A stretch of DNA of 64,000 nucleotides from an uncultured virus (IMG/VR IMGVR_UViG_3300032330_000970). Its lineage: Duplodnaviria > Heunggongvirae > Uroviricota > Caudoviricetes. Of the stretch, positions 28,457-37,949 are shown piece after piece (within the stretch, counting starts at the first letter, position 1; each line of letters starts with the position of its first letter). Location of the stretch: IMG/VR virus record IMGVR_UViG_3300032330_000970. One strand, given 5' to 3'. The translations under genes were made by a program, and so were the position numbers. The notes under the pieces are model-generated. The model ran no database searches, had not been told where the DNA came from, and worked only from the letters and a program-made list of their open reading frames with translations.

Positions 28457-30442
28457 TCAACACTCCCCCAAATCGCTGATGTCCTTACGCGAAGCATGCA
28501 ACCTAAATAACACAAGTTTAGCTTGACCTTGCCAATAAATTTTACTTTGGAACATATACCCAAAATTAGACAATCGATTCGTTTCGTCAACTTTAACAGA
28601 TATTGGTTTGACTGTTCTTGAATTTTTAAACCCGTAAGTAAAATTAGGAGGAGATTGGGTAGTCAGAATTGATGTTTCTTGATTATTAAGAACAGATCCA
28701 GATTGAATAGAATAAAATAAATTGATGAAATCAGGATTATACTCTAATGACCATGTTACATTTTTATAGACATCCGTAAAGCCAAGATCGGCTCTCATTA
28801 ATGTTTTAATGTCAAATGGAGTACCAAACGAAAAACGTTTTGTTTCTACGGAGCATTTTATAGGTAAATTGGTAACGGCCGAAGTTCTTGTTGCTTTTAA
28901 ATTATCTGAATAATCCCCCAAAGTAATCTCATATAAAGCATTCTTTCCATCAGAATCGCACGTAATTGCAAAACATTTACGTTCTCTTCCAAATAAACCC
29001 TCAACTAATTTGCAAATTTGAAGTCCGTTCCATTCGCCATCATAAATGGCAACGGGAGAATTCACCACGGAGCCTGCGTTAAAATCTTTGCTTACAATTT
29101 TAGAAAAAACATAATTAAATCTTCCAATGAAATTCCCATTATTATCTGTAACTCTTTGTATTTTTGGAGCTCCACCTAATAAATATCTGCTATCAAATAA
29201 AGTACCCGGAGCATATGTTATCCAGCGTTCTGTATCATAAGCAATTACTCGTGTTGCTTCAAGGCTATCAACAAAACTTACAACACCACGAGATTGAGTG
29301 GTCTGAGATAAAGAACGAATGCCTTCAAATGATCTAAAATAAAGATCTTTGTCTGTTTGAATGATTGACTCAAAATTAACAGATCCTCTGCCAATAAAAA
29401 TTTGACGCTGCATACCTGCTGTTCCTTGCCACTGTGTCCGATCATATACGGAAGATCGGATTGCGTGAATCTCATCCCTTGTAAAAATCAAAAGATCACC
29501 CAAGCCTGTTGTGGTGTCAGAACCAGGAAGAAATTGTAATCCGGTTATTCTGGAGGGAAACATAAATACCCCTCCACCAGTAAGATATATCGTTTCTGAA
29601 AATTTAATTTCTGCATTGACGGAAGACCCAACTAAATCCCCCGCATAAAGTTCATTTCCATTTGCTACCCACAACCTGCCATTTCCATAAGCCATAATTG
29701 AACCAATAGGAATACTTATATCCTGTTCAATAATTCCAGCATTATAAAATTTACAATCAGTTTGAACAGTTATTACGGGAGCTTTACTTAAAGTAATTTG
29801 TTGCGTAGACGGAGTTCCAGAAGCCGTTCCAATCGCAGTAATAACAGTTCCATCTGGTACGGCTCCCACAAAAGAAGATACCATAACCATGCCAACTTTT
29901 AAAATATTTGTGACTTCCTCTGTTGCTATATTATAGGTATTGTCTGCAGCAGTTAAATTTATAGTGATGGTAGTTACTGGTTCAACAGGTTCTGTCTGAT
30001 TTTCGGAACGAAACGTTCGGTTTCCATCATACACCATTGCGGGGGTTAAACCGTCTTGACTTACCAAAAAATTATTTACTTGTACTAAACATGCCTTGTG
30101 TGAAATATAGGGAGAAGATGGATCATTAGGCGGAGAAATATTTTCAACAGCGTGTTCTGCGTCCGAGGCAAACAAATTATAAAGTCTTCCGTCAATAAGT
30201 GAAACAATATCCTGACTGTCCCGTAAACGATTTTTAAAGTAACAAGCTCCTTGAACTACTCCATTAGGTAGAAGTTTTACAAATTTAAATCCAGGTCGAG
30301 TGGCTAAAAAACCATCGCGGGCAATAACATTCTCAGCCCAAGAATATTGATTGTCCGCTATCAAAGCTGGGTCAACCGCAGAATTGGCTCCACCCAGAAA
30401 GGAACCCATCCCCTCTGTTAACCTATTTTGATCTGAGATCAT
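28457..30442 (-). CDS. Tail tubular protein B-like (nozzle / packaged-DNA stabilisation)
   Basis: FLGGANS..ENVIARDG.LATRPG N-terminus; MAYGNGRLWVA, DLYFRSFEGIRSL propeller blades. Confidence 0.7.
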   Translation of the reverse strand: MISDQNRLTEGMGSFLGGANSAVDPALIADNQYSWAENVIARDGFLATRPGFKFVKLLPNGVVQGACYFKNRLRDSQDIVSLIDGRLYNLFASDAEHAVENISPPNDPSSPYISHKACLVQVNNFLVSQDGLTPAMVYDGNRTFRSENQTEPVEPVTTITINLTAADNTYNIATEEVTNILKVGMVMVSSFVGAVPDGTVITAIGTASGTPSTQQITLSKAPVITVQTDCKFYNAGIIEQDISIPIGSIMAYGNGRLWVANGNELYAGDLVGSSVNAEIKFSETIYLTGGGVFMFPSRITGLQFLPGSDTTTGLGDLLIFTRDEIHAIRSSVYDRTQWQGTAGMQRQIFIGRGSVNFESIIQTDKDLYFRSFEGIRSLSQTTQSRGVVSFVDSLEATRVIAYDTERWITYAPGTLFDSRYLLGGAPKIQRVTDNNGNFIGRFNYVFSKIVSKDFNAGSVVNSPVAIYDGEWNGLQICKLVEGLFGRERKCFAITCDSDGKNALYEITLGDYSDNLKATRTSAVTNLPIKCSVETKRFSFGTPFDIKTLMRADLGFTDVYKNVTWSLEYNPDFINLFYSIQSGSVLNNQETSILTTQSPPNFTYGFKNSRTVKPISVKVDETNRLSNFGYMFQSKIYWQGQAKLVLFRLHASRKDISDLGEC

Positions 30443-31359
30443 TAGACAACCAGAACAAAGGTTGTAATTGCCAGGTTCAAATTAATTGAAACACTTGTAT
30501 AAGCGGTGGTTGAAAAATTAGTCAAAAATACGGTTACAGTGTTGGCTGCCGTTACCACAGCAGAAAGAGACACATCCGACTCAAAGGATCCGGCTGGATT
30601 GGCGCCATATCCAACATGAACAATATCTCCTAACGCAGCTCCAGTAACCGTCAAAGTAGCCCTCGCAACCGCGCCAACTGTGTTAGCTAATGAAACTGTG
30701 GTGGATTGATTGGAAAATAAAATTTTAGTAAGTTCTCCGCTTGTTGCGGTAGTTCCAGTTCTAAATCTAGGTGCTTGCACGACGCCAGAAGAAATTAACG
30801 TATCTCCGGTAATTTCAACTGATCCCCCAACAGTTAAAGTTTTTCCGTCAGAAACTGGACTTACATTGATACCAACTTTGTTAAGAGTTGCATCGACTTG
30901 AAGAAGTGGCAAAGTGTTTGAACCGTTTACTCTCAGGGCTGGGTTTACTGCTGTGTACCCTAAATTAATGTCCAAGGAAGATATATTTGAATCAACAAGA
31001 CGAGCCGTTGATGATGTAGTAACTTGGCGACCAGAAGTTACTGTAGCGCCGGGGGCAACCTGGTCAGCATCGGCTAGAGAAACTGTTATTGATGTAACAG
31101 AATTGATCGCGCTAACTGTATAGTATCCAGCTTGAGCAATATAAATTGTCTGTCCCAAAGCAATCCAAGAAGAGTTAGCAACTGAAATAGTTGCTGTATT
31201 GGATGCTGTTGGGTATTCATTTGGTTGAATAAAACCTGTTGTAAGAGTTGTAAAAGCGTTAACACCATTAGTTCCATTGGTTCCGTCAAAGCCCCCCAAA
31301 CCTTGAGGCCCTTGAGGTCCGGCTTCTCCAATTACAAGTGTATTACAATCGCAGCTCAT
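30442..31359 (-). CDS. Tail fibre-like protein with short collagen motif
   Basis: GEAGPQGPQG; NKVGINV..LTVGG fibre-shaft motif; C-terminal TVTGAALGD..VTAANTVTV domain. Confidence 0.7.
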   Translation of the reverse strand: MSCDCNTLVIGEAGPQGPQGLGGFDGTNGTNGVNAFTTLTTGFIQPNEYPTASNTATISVANSSWIALGQTIYIAQAGYYTVSAINSVTSITVSLADADQVAPGATVTSGRQVTTSSTARLVDSNISSLDINLGYTAVNPALRVNGSNTLPLLQVDATLNKVGINVSPVSDGKTLTVGGSVEITGDTLISSGVVQAPRFRTGTTATSGELTKILFSNQSTTVSLANTVGAVARATLTVTGAALGDIVHVGYGANPAGSFESDVSLSAVVTAANTVTVFLTNFSTTAYTSVSINLNLAITTFVLVV

Positions 31360-31371
31360 TTAATCCTCCTA

Positions 31372-31755
31372 TCAACCTTTAATAATGGTTACTTTAAAAT
31401 CGTATACTGCTGGATCAATAGATCCAGAAGTTGGATTGTGTGCTCTTACGGTAACTATATTTGTATTAGAAACAAAAGCTTCAAAAATAAGTTTACCATC
31501 TGTAGCCCCTCTTCCATTTGTATTCATAGAAGTAACAAAAACGGAATCTTCAACCGACGCTCCAATAAGATTAATTTGTAAATCAACAAAACCGCCAGAA
31601 CTAATGCTGGTAAAATTAAGTTGAGTAGGAACACTTATTAAACGGATGGCTTGTTCAGCTTCAACAATAAGACTAGCCGGGGGAGGAGTCGTATTAGCCC
31701 CAGCTGTTCCGCAATCGCAATCTCTGGCGTAGTTGTCGGGATTAGGAAAACTCAT
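31372..31755 (-). CDS. Structural protein paralogous to the C-terminal domain of 30442..31359
   Basis: IGASVEDSVFV..AFVSNTNIVTVRAHN vs TGAALGDIVHV..AVVTAANTVTVFLTN. Confidence 0.7.
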   Translation of the reverse strand: MSFPNPDNYARDCDCGTAGANTTPPPASLIVEAEQAIRLISVPTQLNFTSISSGGFVDLQINLIGASVEDSVFVTSMNTNGRGATDGKLIFEAFVSNTNIVTVRAHNPTSGSIDPAVYDFKVTIIKG

Positions 31756-31762
31756 CGCAAGT

Positions 31763-31790
31763 AGTATGGCAACTGGTTTTTGGGAGTCAA
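31763..31790 (-). promoter_or_regulatory. Sigma70-type promoter, leaderless
   Basis: TTGACT-N16-CATACT-N7-ATG(31755). Confidence 0.7.
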
Positions 31791-31797
31791 TATAACA

Positions 31798-32436
31798 TTA
31801 CGCATTTACTATTAAACATTCAATGAATGCATTAACCGTCAATGTAGTATAGGTAAATCCGCTTGCAGGAGAATATTGCTGAGAAGCCCCAATCGAAATA
31901 GATTCGCCGGCAAGAGCGGTTTGTCTTCCACCCGCGGGAGTCGAGTTAAAACCAAAATGATCGGTGGATAAATAATTAGCGGTTGCAAAAGTGAGGGTAT
32001 TGGCAACCTGTTCATTTGTTCCCCCTTTATACACGCGAAAAATTGGAGCACTCCACCCTGATCCTGAATAAGTCCCCGTCAAAGTTACTGCGGTTACTTT
32101 CATATAACAAGTTTTAACAATTGCTATTTGACCGGAAGGTACTGTAAAAGCACTTCCATCCATATAAGTAAACAACGTTGTATTTCCTCCGCTTGAAGTT
32201 ACTACCGGTCCCAATAAATTCACACCAGTAGCTTTTAAAGCGATGGTGTAAGCATTTTCTCCTTTAGGGCCTTGTGGGCCTGTAGCTCCTGTAGGTCCTG
32301 TGGGTCCTGTAGCCCCTTGCGGGCCTTGCGGGCCTTGTTCGCCTGTTCCAGTACCGGTAGTTGTGGGAACAGTATTTGGATCAGTGTATAAAACATTTCT
32401 TGTCCGAGCCAGATCGTCAGACCCAAAAATGCTCAT
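31798..32436 (-). CDS. Collagen triple-helix repeat structural protein
   Basis: G-X-Y run GEQGPQGPQGATGPTGPTGATGPQGPKGE; ATG 32436 overlaps the upstream stop. Confidence 0.8.
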   Translation of the reverse strand: MSIFGSDDLARTRNVLYTDPNTVPTTTGTGTGEQGPQGPQGATGPTGPTGATGPQGPKGENAYTIALKATGVNLLGPVVTSSGGNTTLFTYMDGSAFTVPSGQIAIVKTCYMKVTAVTLTGTYSGSGWSAPIFRVYKGGTNEQVANTLTFATANYLSTDHFGFNSTPAGGRQTALAGESISIGASQQYSPASGFTYTTLTVNAFIECLIVNA

Positions 32437-32834
32437 CGATTCAAGACTCCTTTCAATATGCTCCAATTATCTCGCCATTTGCAATTTGGCTCTAGGTAAA
32501 TTGATTTTGTTCTGGGAAGCTTTTCCCTTGGTATAACAAATAAAGCGTCCAAAGTTGTATTGAGAAAAATAAAAGCGTCACAATCTCCTTTGTTGTATAA
32601 TCTTTTTTGCATGTGCCCAAATCCTGGCCCACGAATTGCAAAGAATTTTAATTTTCTACGCTGGCAATCACTACTACCAATAGTAGTTTTGACTTGAACG
32701 CGCATCATCTTTCCCTTCCAATCTGTGATCAAATCATATCCATCATCATAAATAGGTAAGTTTACAAGAAAGCCCTGCTCCATCAGTTTAGTGGAAACTT
32801 TCTGAACTCCTATTGCTCCTAATTTAATACTCAT
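32433..32834 (-). CDS. PD-(D/E)XK endonuclease (PDDEXK_5, group I intron-associated family)
   Basis: V.LP..D.GYDLI..RVQVKT..Y...DCDAF. Confidence 0.75.
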   Translation of the reverse strand: MSIKLGAIGVQKVSTKLMEQGFLVNLPIYDDGYDLITDWKGKMMRVQVKTTIGSSDCQRRKLKFFAIRGPGFGHMQKRLYNKGDCDAFIFLNTTLDALFVIPREKLPRTKSIYLEPNCKWRDNWSILKGVLNR

Positions 32835-33373
32835 AACCAGCTCCTTGCAAGCATTGTACACAATGGCCTTCGCTTGCGATAGACCCCATCCCCCTCCCTA
32901 CTCCCATTGTCGTTTGTATTGCCTTCGATTGTAACTGCCATTTTACCCTCAATCCGCTCTATAAGCCCCGTGTGGGCCACTCTATGTAAGCTTTGGAAAT
33001 ATATGCCAAAAGAATCGGCGGGGTTTGGCACGGTACCTTTACCGCGATCCCACGTAGGTTTAATGACAAAGGCTGGACTCCAAGCGGAACGTGGAAAAGG
33101 GTTGTTTTGTTTACTAAAAGCTTTATCTCCAACATAGACAACCCAAGCCGCGCACCATGGGGCCCGACTGCCTTCTAATCCAACTGTGGCTAAGATCTCG
33201 TCCACCACGGCCCCGGAGTTTCCAGGTTCTTCTCGAAGGCCAATCGTGTCTCTAGCGACTTCAATAAGTCGCGATACTCTTTCTCCTCGCGACGGTACGA
33301 TTCCTTCAGCAACTCCCTTTCCGGTACCCAACAAAGATAGAGATGCCAAAGCCAGCGCATGGATTATCCGCAT
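32831..33373 (-). CDS. CHAP-domain endolysin with N-terminal signal/SAR-like segment
   Basis: PWCAAWV (Cys), HTGLI (His), TIEGNT..REGDGVY; hydrophobic N-terminus. Confidence 0.85.
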   Translation of the reverse strand: MRIIHALALASLSLLGTGKGVAEGIVPSRGERVSRLIEVARDTIGLREEPGNSGAVVDEILATVGLEGSRAPWCAAWVVYVGDKAFSKQNNPFPRSAWSPAFVIKPTWDRGKGTVPNPADSFGIYFQSLHRVAHTGLIERIEGKMAVTIEGNTNDNGSREGDGVYRKRRPLCTMLARSWL

Positions 33374-33705
33374 AACAAGGCGAAAGCTAAGACAAGTCCT
33401 ATGAACACAACGACCAATATAGTCGACCGTGTCTGCCCGTTTAATTCTTTCCAGTCATCCTCCAAAGCATTATTATCCATGTATTGATCTAAAAACTTAA
33501 ACTCAATATTGATTATTAGCCAAGCTAATGTCACCGCAAAAAGTAGTTTAACCCCAGCAAGTAGTACTACATGAAGGGCTCCAAGGTCTACAACTCCAGC
33601 TCCGGGATCAATAGCGTGAAGGATTGGGCCTAAAGCAAGAAATAAAAGCAAACCACACGACAAAGCGCCCAAGCCCTGGACGTTATCCTTTAACCACTTT
33701 TTCAC
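33364..33705 (-). CDS. Putative holin (3 TM)
   Basis: Three hydrophobic segments; directly upstream of the endolysin; GTG start. Confidence 0.65.
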   Translation of the reverse strand: MKKWLKDNVQGLGALSCGLLLFLALGPILHAIDPGAGVVDLGALHVVLLAGVKLLFAVTLAWLIINIEFKFLDQYMDNNALEDDWKELNGQTRSTILVVVFIGLVLAFALLCG

Positions 33706-34095
33706 TTAAAAGAGTTTAAGAAAAGGAAAGAAATTACGCAAGGCCAAAAATGCGGGCAGTAAAAGCATTCCGCCAATACCAATCAAACGCCACTTCCAAA
33801 GTAAACCAACGGATTTGCTATACTTACCCTCAAGATATTCGAGCCTTTCAGCCATCTCAGAACGTTCTTTGAAGTTCTTGTCGACTTGAGCTTGGAGCTT
33901 TAAAATTTGGTCTTTGGTATTTTCTAATTCGTCGGCCACGTCTTTGCAAGCTGGAATAGAACGGGCTATGGATTGCGCTTTCAATACGGAAGCGGTCGTG
34001 GCCTGAAGAGTAAGTGAACCGGAAGAAGTTGTGCGTGTTGTGGAAGCGCAAGAGGACAGGGCAAGGCATAGGATAAAGATGGTGAGGAGGTTCAT
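33706..34095 (-). CDS. Candidate unimolecular spanin
   Basis: Lipobox LSSC, central coiled coil, C-terminal TM helix; in the lysis cassette. Confidence 0.6.
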   Translation of the reverse strand: MNLLTIFILCLALSSCASTTRTTSSGSLTLQATTASVLKAQSIARSIPACKDVADELENTKDQILKLQAQVDKNFKERSEMAERLEYLEGKYSKSVGLLWKWRLIGIGGMLLLPAFLALRNFFPFLKLF

Positions 34096-34202
34096 CAAGC
34101 GGCGGTGATAATGACGGATGCTGGCCCAGATTGATCCGCAAAATTGGGGGCGTCATACGGGCAACAGGAGTAAAGCAAAAGAGTGAGAATTAAGTATTTC
34201 AT
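34095..34202 (-). CDS. 35-aa lipoprotein (not in ORF track)
   Basis: MKYLILTLLLYSCCPYDAPNFADQSGPASVIITAA*; ATGA and TGATG overlaps with both neighbours. Confidence 0.6.
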   Translation of the reverse strand: MKYLILTLLLYSCCPYDAPNFADQSGPASVIITAA

Positions 34203-35092
34203 GTTGAAACAGTAAAATTTCCACTTGCTGTAAATGTATGGATTCTGTAGCCACCAACAGTTGTAATTGTTCCGCCAGAACCTCTAGTTCCGTATGCACT
34301 GGTTAGATATCTAATAATAACAATTCCAGATCCTCCATCATATCCTGGTCCCGCACTCGGACCACCAGCCCCGCCTCCACCACCGCCAGTATTTGCTTTT
34401 CCGTAAAGACCCCCTCCGATTGAATAGTCCTCGCCATGTCCTCCACCACCAATTCCACCAGAGCCGCCAGCAGATGGACTTCCACTACCATCACCATATC
34501 CACCTCCTCCACCACCTCCAGCATAATAAACCAATGAACCAGAAAATGAGTTTGCTAGTCCAGCACCGCCATTACCACCACATTGAGAAAAATTTGTTCC
34601 AGAATCATCACCAGCAGATCCTGCTCCACCGCCGCCACCTCCCGATGATGTATTGGAACCACCTGGGCCTCCTTGGCCGCCGCTGTTCCCTTGCCCAGAT
34701 ACTCCATCTCCACCAGGCGTATATTCTTCATTTGATTGGCCACCACCGCCGCCAGATCCGCCTGCTACTCCACCAGCATTAAGAGTTCCTCCACCTCCAC
34801 CTCCGATTGAAATATATCCATTAAAACTGCTGTTTTCTCCATTATTCCCGCCAGTCTCAGATTCTCCTCCAAGGCCGCCATTTCCAACTACTACAGAATA
34901 AACACCATTATTTAGTGATATACTTGTAAGTGCTTGAAATCCTCCACCTCCTCCACCTCCTCCCAATGAATCGGCAACTCCAGCACCGCCTCCGCCGCCA
35001 GCGACTATCAATGCATCGACAAGAATAGAAGGTGGGGGTTCACTAGTAATCCTAGTCTGCGGTAACGATAAGCCTAAGCCGAGTTTCGGCAT
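34199..35092 (-). CDS. Glycine-rich domain structural protein
   Basis: LIVAGGGGG..YYAGGGGGG..ANTGGGGGG..GGSGIVIIRY..IHTFTASG. Confidence 0.85.
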   Translation of the reverse strand: MPKLGLGLSLPQTRITSEPPPSILVDALIVAGGGGGAGVADSLGGGGGGGGFQALTSISLNNGVYSVVVGNGGLGGESETGGNNGENSSFNGYISIGGGGGGTLNAGGVAGGSGGGGGQSNEEYTPGGDGVSGQGNSGGQGGPGGSNTSSGGGGGGAGSAGDDSGTNFSQCGGNGGAGLANSFSGSLVYYAGGGGGGGYGDGSGSPSAGGSGGIGGGGHGEDYSIGGGLYGKANTGGGGGGAGGPSAGPGYDGGSGIVIIRYLTSAYGTRGSGGTITTVGGYRIHTFTASGNFTVST

Positions 35093-35098
35093 AGCAAT

Positions 35099-35395
35099 TT
35101 ATGCCTTGTAGGCTATTACTTTTCCAGATGTCAAATCGTATCCAGTAAAAGGTCCGTAAATAATCGTTCCAGCGGTCAAAGTAATTCCTGAGCCACCAGC
35201 AAGATTTCCTACTGTAGAATTTAAAACTGTAAGACTTGCAAAAACAGTATCGGCAATAATTTGAATTGCCGCAAAGTTACCGTTAACAGCATTAGTATCA
35301 TCCGTAAAAATAAACCCGCGTTGACCCAAAGAAACAAGCGAAGCGTCAGTTTCTTGAGTTACAGAGGAAGCAAGATTTTCGTCAAAAAATGCCAT
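35099..35395 (-). CDS. Small beta-rich virion protein
   Basis: GNFAAIQII.D..AGTIIYGPFT..LTSGKVIAY; AGGAG RBS. Confidence 0.7.
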   Translation of the reverse strand: MAFFDENLASSVTQETDASLVSLGQRGFIFTDDTNAVNGNFAAIQIIADTVFASLTVLNSTVGNLAGGSGITLTAGTIIYGPFTGYDLTSGKVIAYKA

Positions 35396-35430
35396 ATAGT
35401 TCTCCTATTGTGTGGTCTTATTTTTGTTTG

Positions 35431-35646
35431 TCAACTATTCTTACCAAAAATCTTTGACCAAAAGAATTCAGCAAATGTAGAAATCATAAAGGTCATAACT
35501 GCTACGACTCCATACCCCATGTGAATATGCTTCTCTACTTTACCAATTCGATTCTCGTGTTTATCGCGATCTTCGAGCAAGGAATCAAGCTTCTCGTCCA
35601 TGCGAGCAGTCCGTTCAAGAAGGGTAATTAGATGGTCATTTTCCAT
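35431..35646 (-). CDS. Coiled-coil plus TM protein (XhlA/holin-like)
   Basis: ERTARMDEKLDSL..HENRIGKVEK followed by a hydrophobic helix. Confidence 0.65.
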   Translation of the reverse strand: MENDHLITLLERTARMDEKLDSLLEDRDKHENRIGKVEKHIHMGYGVVAVMTFMISTFAEFFWSKIFGKNS

Positions 35647-35860
35647 GACTAAATATCCTATCTAGGGTTGGGTATAACCGTGATTTCATCTTATTGGCAG
35701 TATAGCTCTCAACACCTAGCAAAGGCAAGAATAGTTCGAAACAAAGTTCAAAAGATTCCCGCTCGTAACAGGCTTTGGGCCTGGCTGGCTTCTTGCCGGT
35801 ATCAAGATCCTGGAGATCATTCCAAGCTTGTTTGACAACCGCCAAGATGAGCTTGTCCAC
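35636..35860 (-). CDS. Hypothetical protein
   Basis: GTG start at 35860, just after the previous stop; LILAVVKQAWNDL. Confidence 0.55.
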   Translation of the reverse strand: MDKLILAVVKQAWNDLQDLDTGKKPARPKACYERESFELCFELFLPLLGVESYTANKMKSRLYPTLDRIFSHGK

Positions 35861-35864
35861 GGCT

Positions 35865-36128
35865 TTACGCCATTTTCTTCTGGGACATTCCTTTTTCAAC
35901 GGCGTCAACCATGCCCATTTCAACTTCAGGTTGCCCGGAAGATTGTTCAGCAGCTTTTTCTGCTTTGGCTTCAGAAGCAGATTCCTCAACTTCTGAACCT
36001 TCAACTGCTGTAAGATACATGGTTGGTCCTTTAAAATAACCGCTAGCCATGAAGTCAAATGAGTCGCCTTCTTTAACACCTTCCGGAGGTGTAAAACCTT
36101 TGGGTACGGGAAAAGAAATATTTTTCAT
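35865..36128 (-). CDS. Acidic hypothetical protein
   Basis: FPVPKGFTPPEGVKEGDSFDFMA; follows the terminator. Confidence 0.7.
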   Translation of the reverse strand: MKNISFPVPKGFTPPEGVKEGDSFDFMASGYFKGPTMYLTAVEGSEVEESASEAKAEKAAEQSSGQPEVEMGMVDAVEKGMSQKKMA

Positions 36129-36133
36129 AAGAT

Positions 36134-36173
36134 AAAAGTATGGTCCCCCGGGGGATAGAACCCCGGGGGACCA
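36134..36173 (-). terminator. Intrinsic terminator after the capsid genes
   Basis: Perfect 13-bp stem TGGTCCCCCGGGG/CCCCGGGGGACCA, 7-nt loop, followed by TACTTTT on the minus strand. Confidence 0.8.
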
Positions 36174-36181
36174 ATTAGTTA

Positions 36182-36496
36182 TTAGCTACCTTCGGCTGGA
36201 AGGTTCAGATTACGCAACACGTTAAGAATCGTGTTCACCTTGCCTACAATCGTCGCAATGTCATTAGCAGAAAAAGCGCTGTTAGTGACTGTCGACGTTA
36301 CGCTAGGTGTACCGGCGTTGGTGAGGGCGAGCAAGCTCAAAGAGCTCACTGTATCGCCGGACACGCCTCCGGTAGTTGATCCAATTGTTGCAACGGTGCT
36401 GCCTGAAGTACCCCATTCAGGGCCTTTATTCAGGCAAACACGCATGTTAGCAGCAAGAACCTTGTCTTGTGTAGCTGTTTGTTTAGGGAAGCTCAT
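36182..36496 (-). CDS. Head decoration/head-fibre-like protein
   Basis: Follows MCP with AAAGGAG RBS; C-terminal NDIATIVGKVNTILNVLR trimerisation-type helix. Confidence 0.6.
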   Translation of the reverse strand: MSFPKQTATQDKVLAANMRVCLNKGPEWGTSGSTVATIGSTTGGVSGDTVSSLSLLALTNAGTPSVTSTVTNSAFSANDIATIVGKVNTILNVLRNLNLPAEGS

Positions 36497-36518
36497 GTTA
36501 GAGTTCTCCTTTCTTCAA

Positions 36519-37934
36519 TTAGCTAACGTAGTCAAGGCTGATGGCAGGCCGTGTGTGCAGAACGACATAGCCGTACTGCGGGAACACGGGCCGGGCGCCG
36601 CTGGCCAGCACTCCGCGGAAATATCCGACATTACCGTCCGGATTGTATGCGCGGTCAAGGATGTTAACCCATTTGAACTCACCACGGTAGTTCTGGGGGT
36701 TGAATCCCATTTTGCTGTCCACCGACAACGAGTTAGGAACCACAGAACGCATAACATCTTGATGGAAGATGTAGCTGATTTCGTAGGTCGCCGTCTCGTA
36801 GGCGGGGTTAATGTTGTACGCTGTACCCTTAGTCGTGGTCTCCCTGCGGAAGGGGAACACGCGGATAAGTGCGTCGTTAGTCGTATCATACACGGCAAAC
36901 CGTGGAGGATACGGATCAACTGAATGGTAGAAACCACCGTAAGAACGCTCAATACCGAGAGGAGTGAGCAATTCATTCGGCTTCGCCCACCTGAAGTCCT
37001 GACGGATGTCAGCGTTCAAGCGGATGAGGTTTTCGCTGGTCTCAGCACCGCAGATCAACATGAACACCGGAGCGCCGTTTTCACGGCCCATGGCGTTAGT
37101 TCCCGCGCCGTCGCGGATAAGTTTCATGTAGAGCCGCTTTAGGATGCCCTGAGTCAATTGACTCTGTGGGAGAGCATTTGCAGCAAACGCGCCTGAGTTA
37201 CAAGTTCCGGTACCAGTGGTAACGGCATTGTAAACACCAACTAAGTCAGTGGCACTGATGCTGAAGGAGTTCGTTCCAGTCGAATTGACGGGAAGAATTC
37301 CAATAGTCGAAGCGCTGGGAATAACAAGGTTACCTTCAGCTGCAACCTGTTCGGTAAACAACTGGCGATAACGATCCTGCCAAACCAAGGAAGTCGATTC
37401 AGTGAGGACATCCATGATGTTGGACAACTGTTCCCGACGTTTCACTGCAAAGCGCAAGTCTTCGAGCGCAATGTCAGGGGAGTCAACCGAGGCCCATTGG
37501 AGGCGGTACTGACGGAGCTTCTGACCGAACGAAGCGTTGGTCAAAGGCTGAGGCAGAACGTTACCAGTGGTAGACGAAGGCGAACTGGAAGACACCGGAG
37601 GTGTCGATCCACCTGAGATCGTCTGAGTATACGGATTAAATCCGGTATAGGTCTGATCGATCGGGTTCGAACCCAGAGTCCGCCAGTTGTAACCAGCGTC
37701 AGCCGTGATATCGCCAGAGGTATAACCGTTAGCGGTCGAGGCTGCCACCGAGCGGGAAGGGTAGAAACGCTCAAAAGTAACTGAGCTGATCACATCACCC
37801 ATCTCCTCGGGGAAGGTTTCTTGCTTGGTGAGCTTGAGCCAAGCGGAAGTGTCAATCGTCCGGCGATAAATTTCCGGTCCGATACGACCTGCTTCTTTAA
37901 CAAGAAGCTGCTCGATAGAGTACGTAGTAGCCAT
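36519..37934 (-). CDS. Major capsid protein
   Basis: 471 aa after the scaffold; GAAAGGA RBS, own promoter and leader, codon usage differing from neighbours, downstream terminator. Confidence 0.8.
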   Translation of the reverse strand: MATTYSIEQLLVKEAGRIGPEIYRRTIDTSAWLKLTKQETFPEEMGDVISSVTFERFYPSRSVAASTANGYTSGDITADAGYNWRTLGSNPIDQTYTGFNPYTQTISGGSTPPVSSSSPSSTTGNVLPQPLTNASFGQKLRQYRLQWASVDSPDIALEDLRFAVKRREQLSNIMDVLTESTSLVWQDRYRQLFTEQVAAEGNLVIPSASTIGILPVNSTGTNSFSISATDLVGVYNAVTTGTGTCNSGAFAANALPQSQLTQGILKRLYMKLIRDGAGTNAMGRENGAPVFMLICGAETSENLIRLNADIRQDFRWAKPNELLTPLGIERSYGGFYHSVDPYPPRFAVYDTTNDALIRVFPFRRETTTKGTAYNINPAYETATYEISYIFHQDVMRSVVPNSLSVDSKMGFNPQNYRGEFKWVNILDRAYNPDGNVGYFRGVLASGARPVFPQYGYVVLHTRPAISLDYVS

Positions 37935-37949
37935 ATTAGTATCAATTTC

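Noticed and set aside
36231..36976. Alternative-frame and antisense ORFs over the capsid gene (153 aa, 230 aa)
   Set aside because: Shadow ORFs of a codon-biased gene, with no RBS, no motifs and no clear slippery site.
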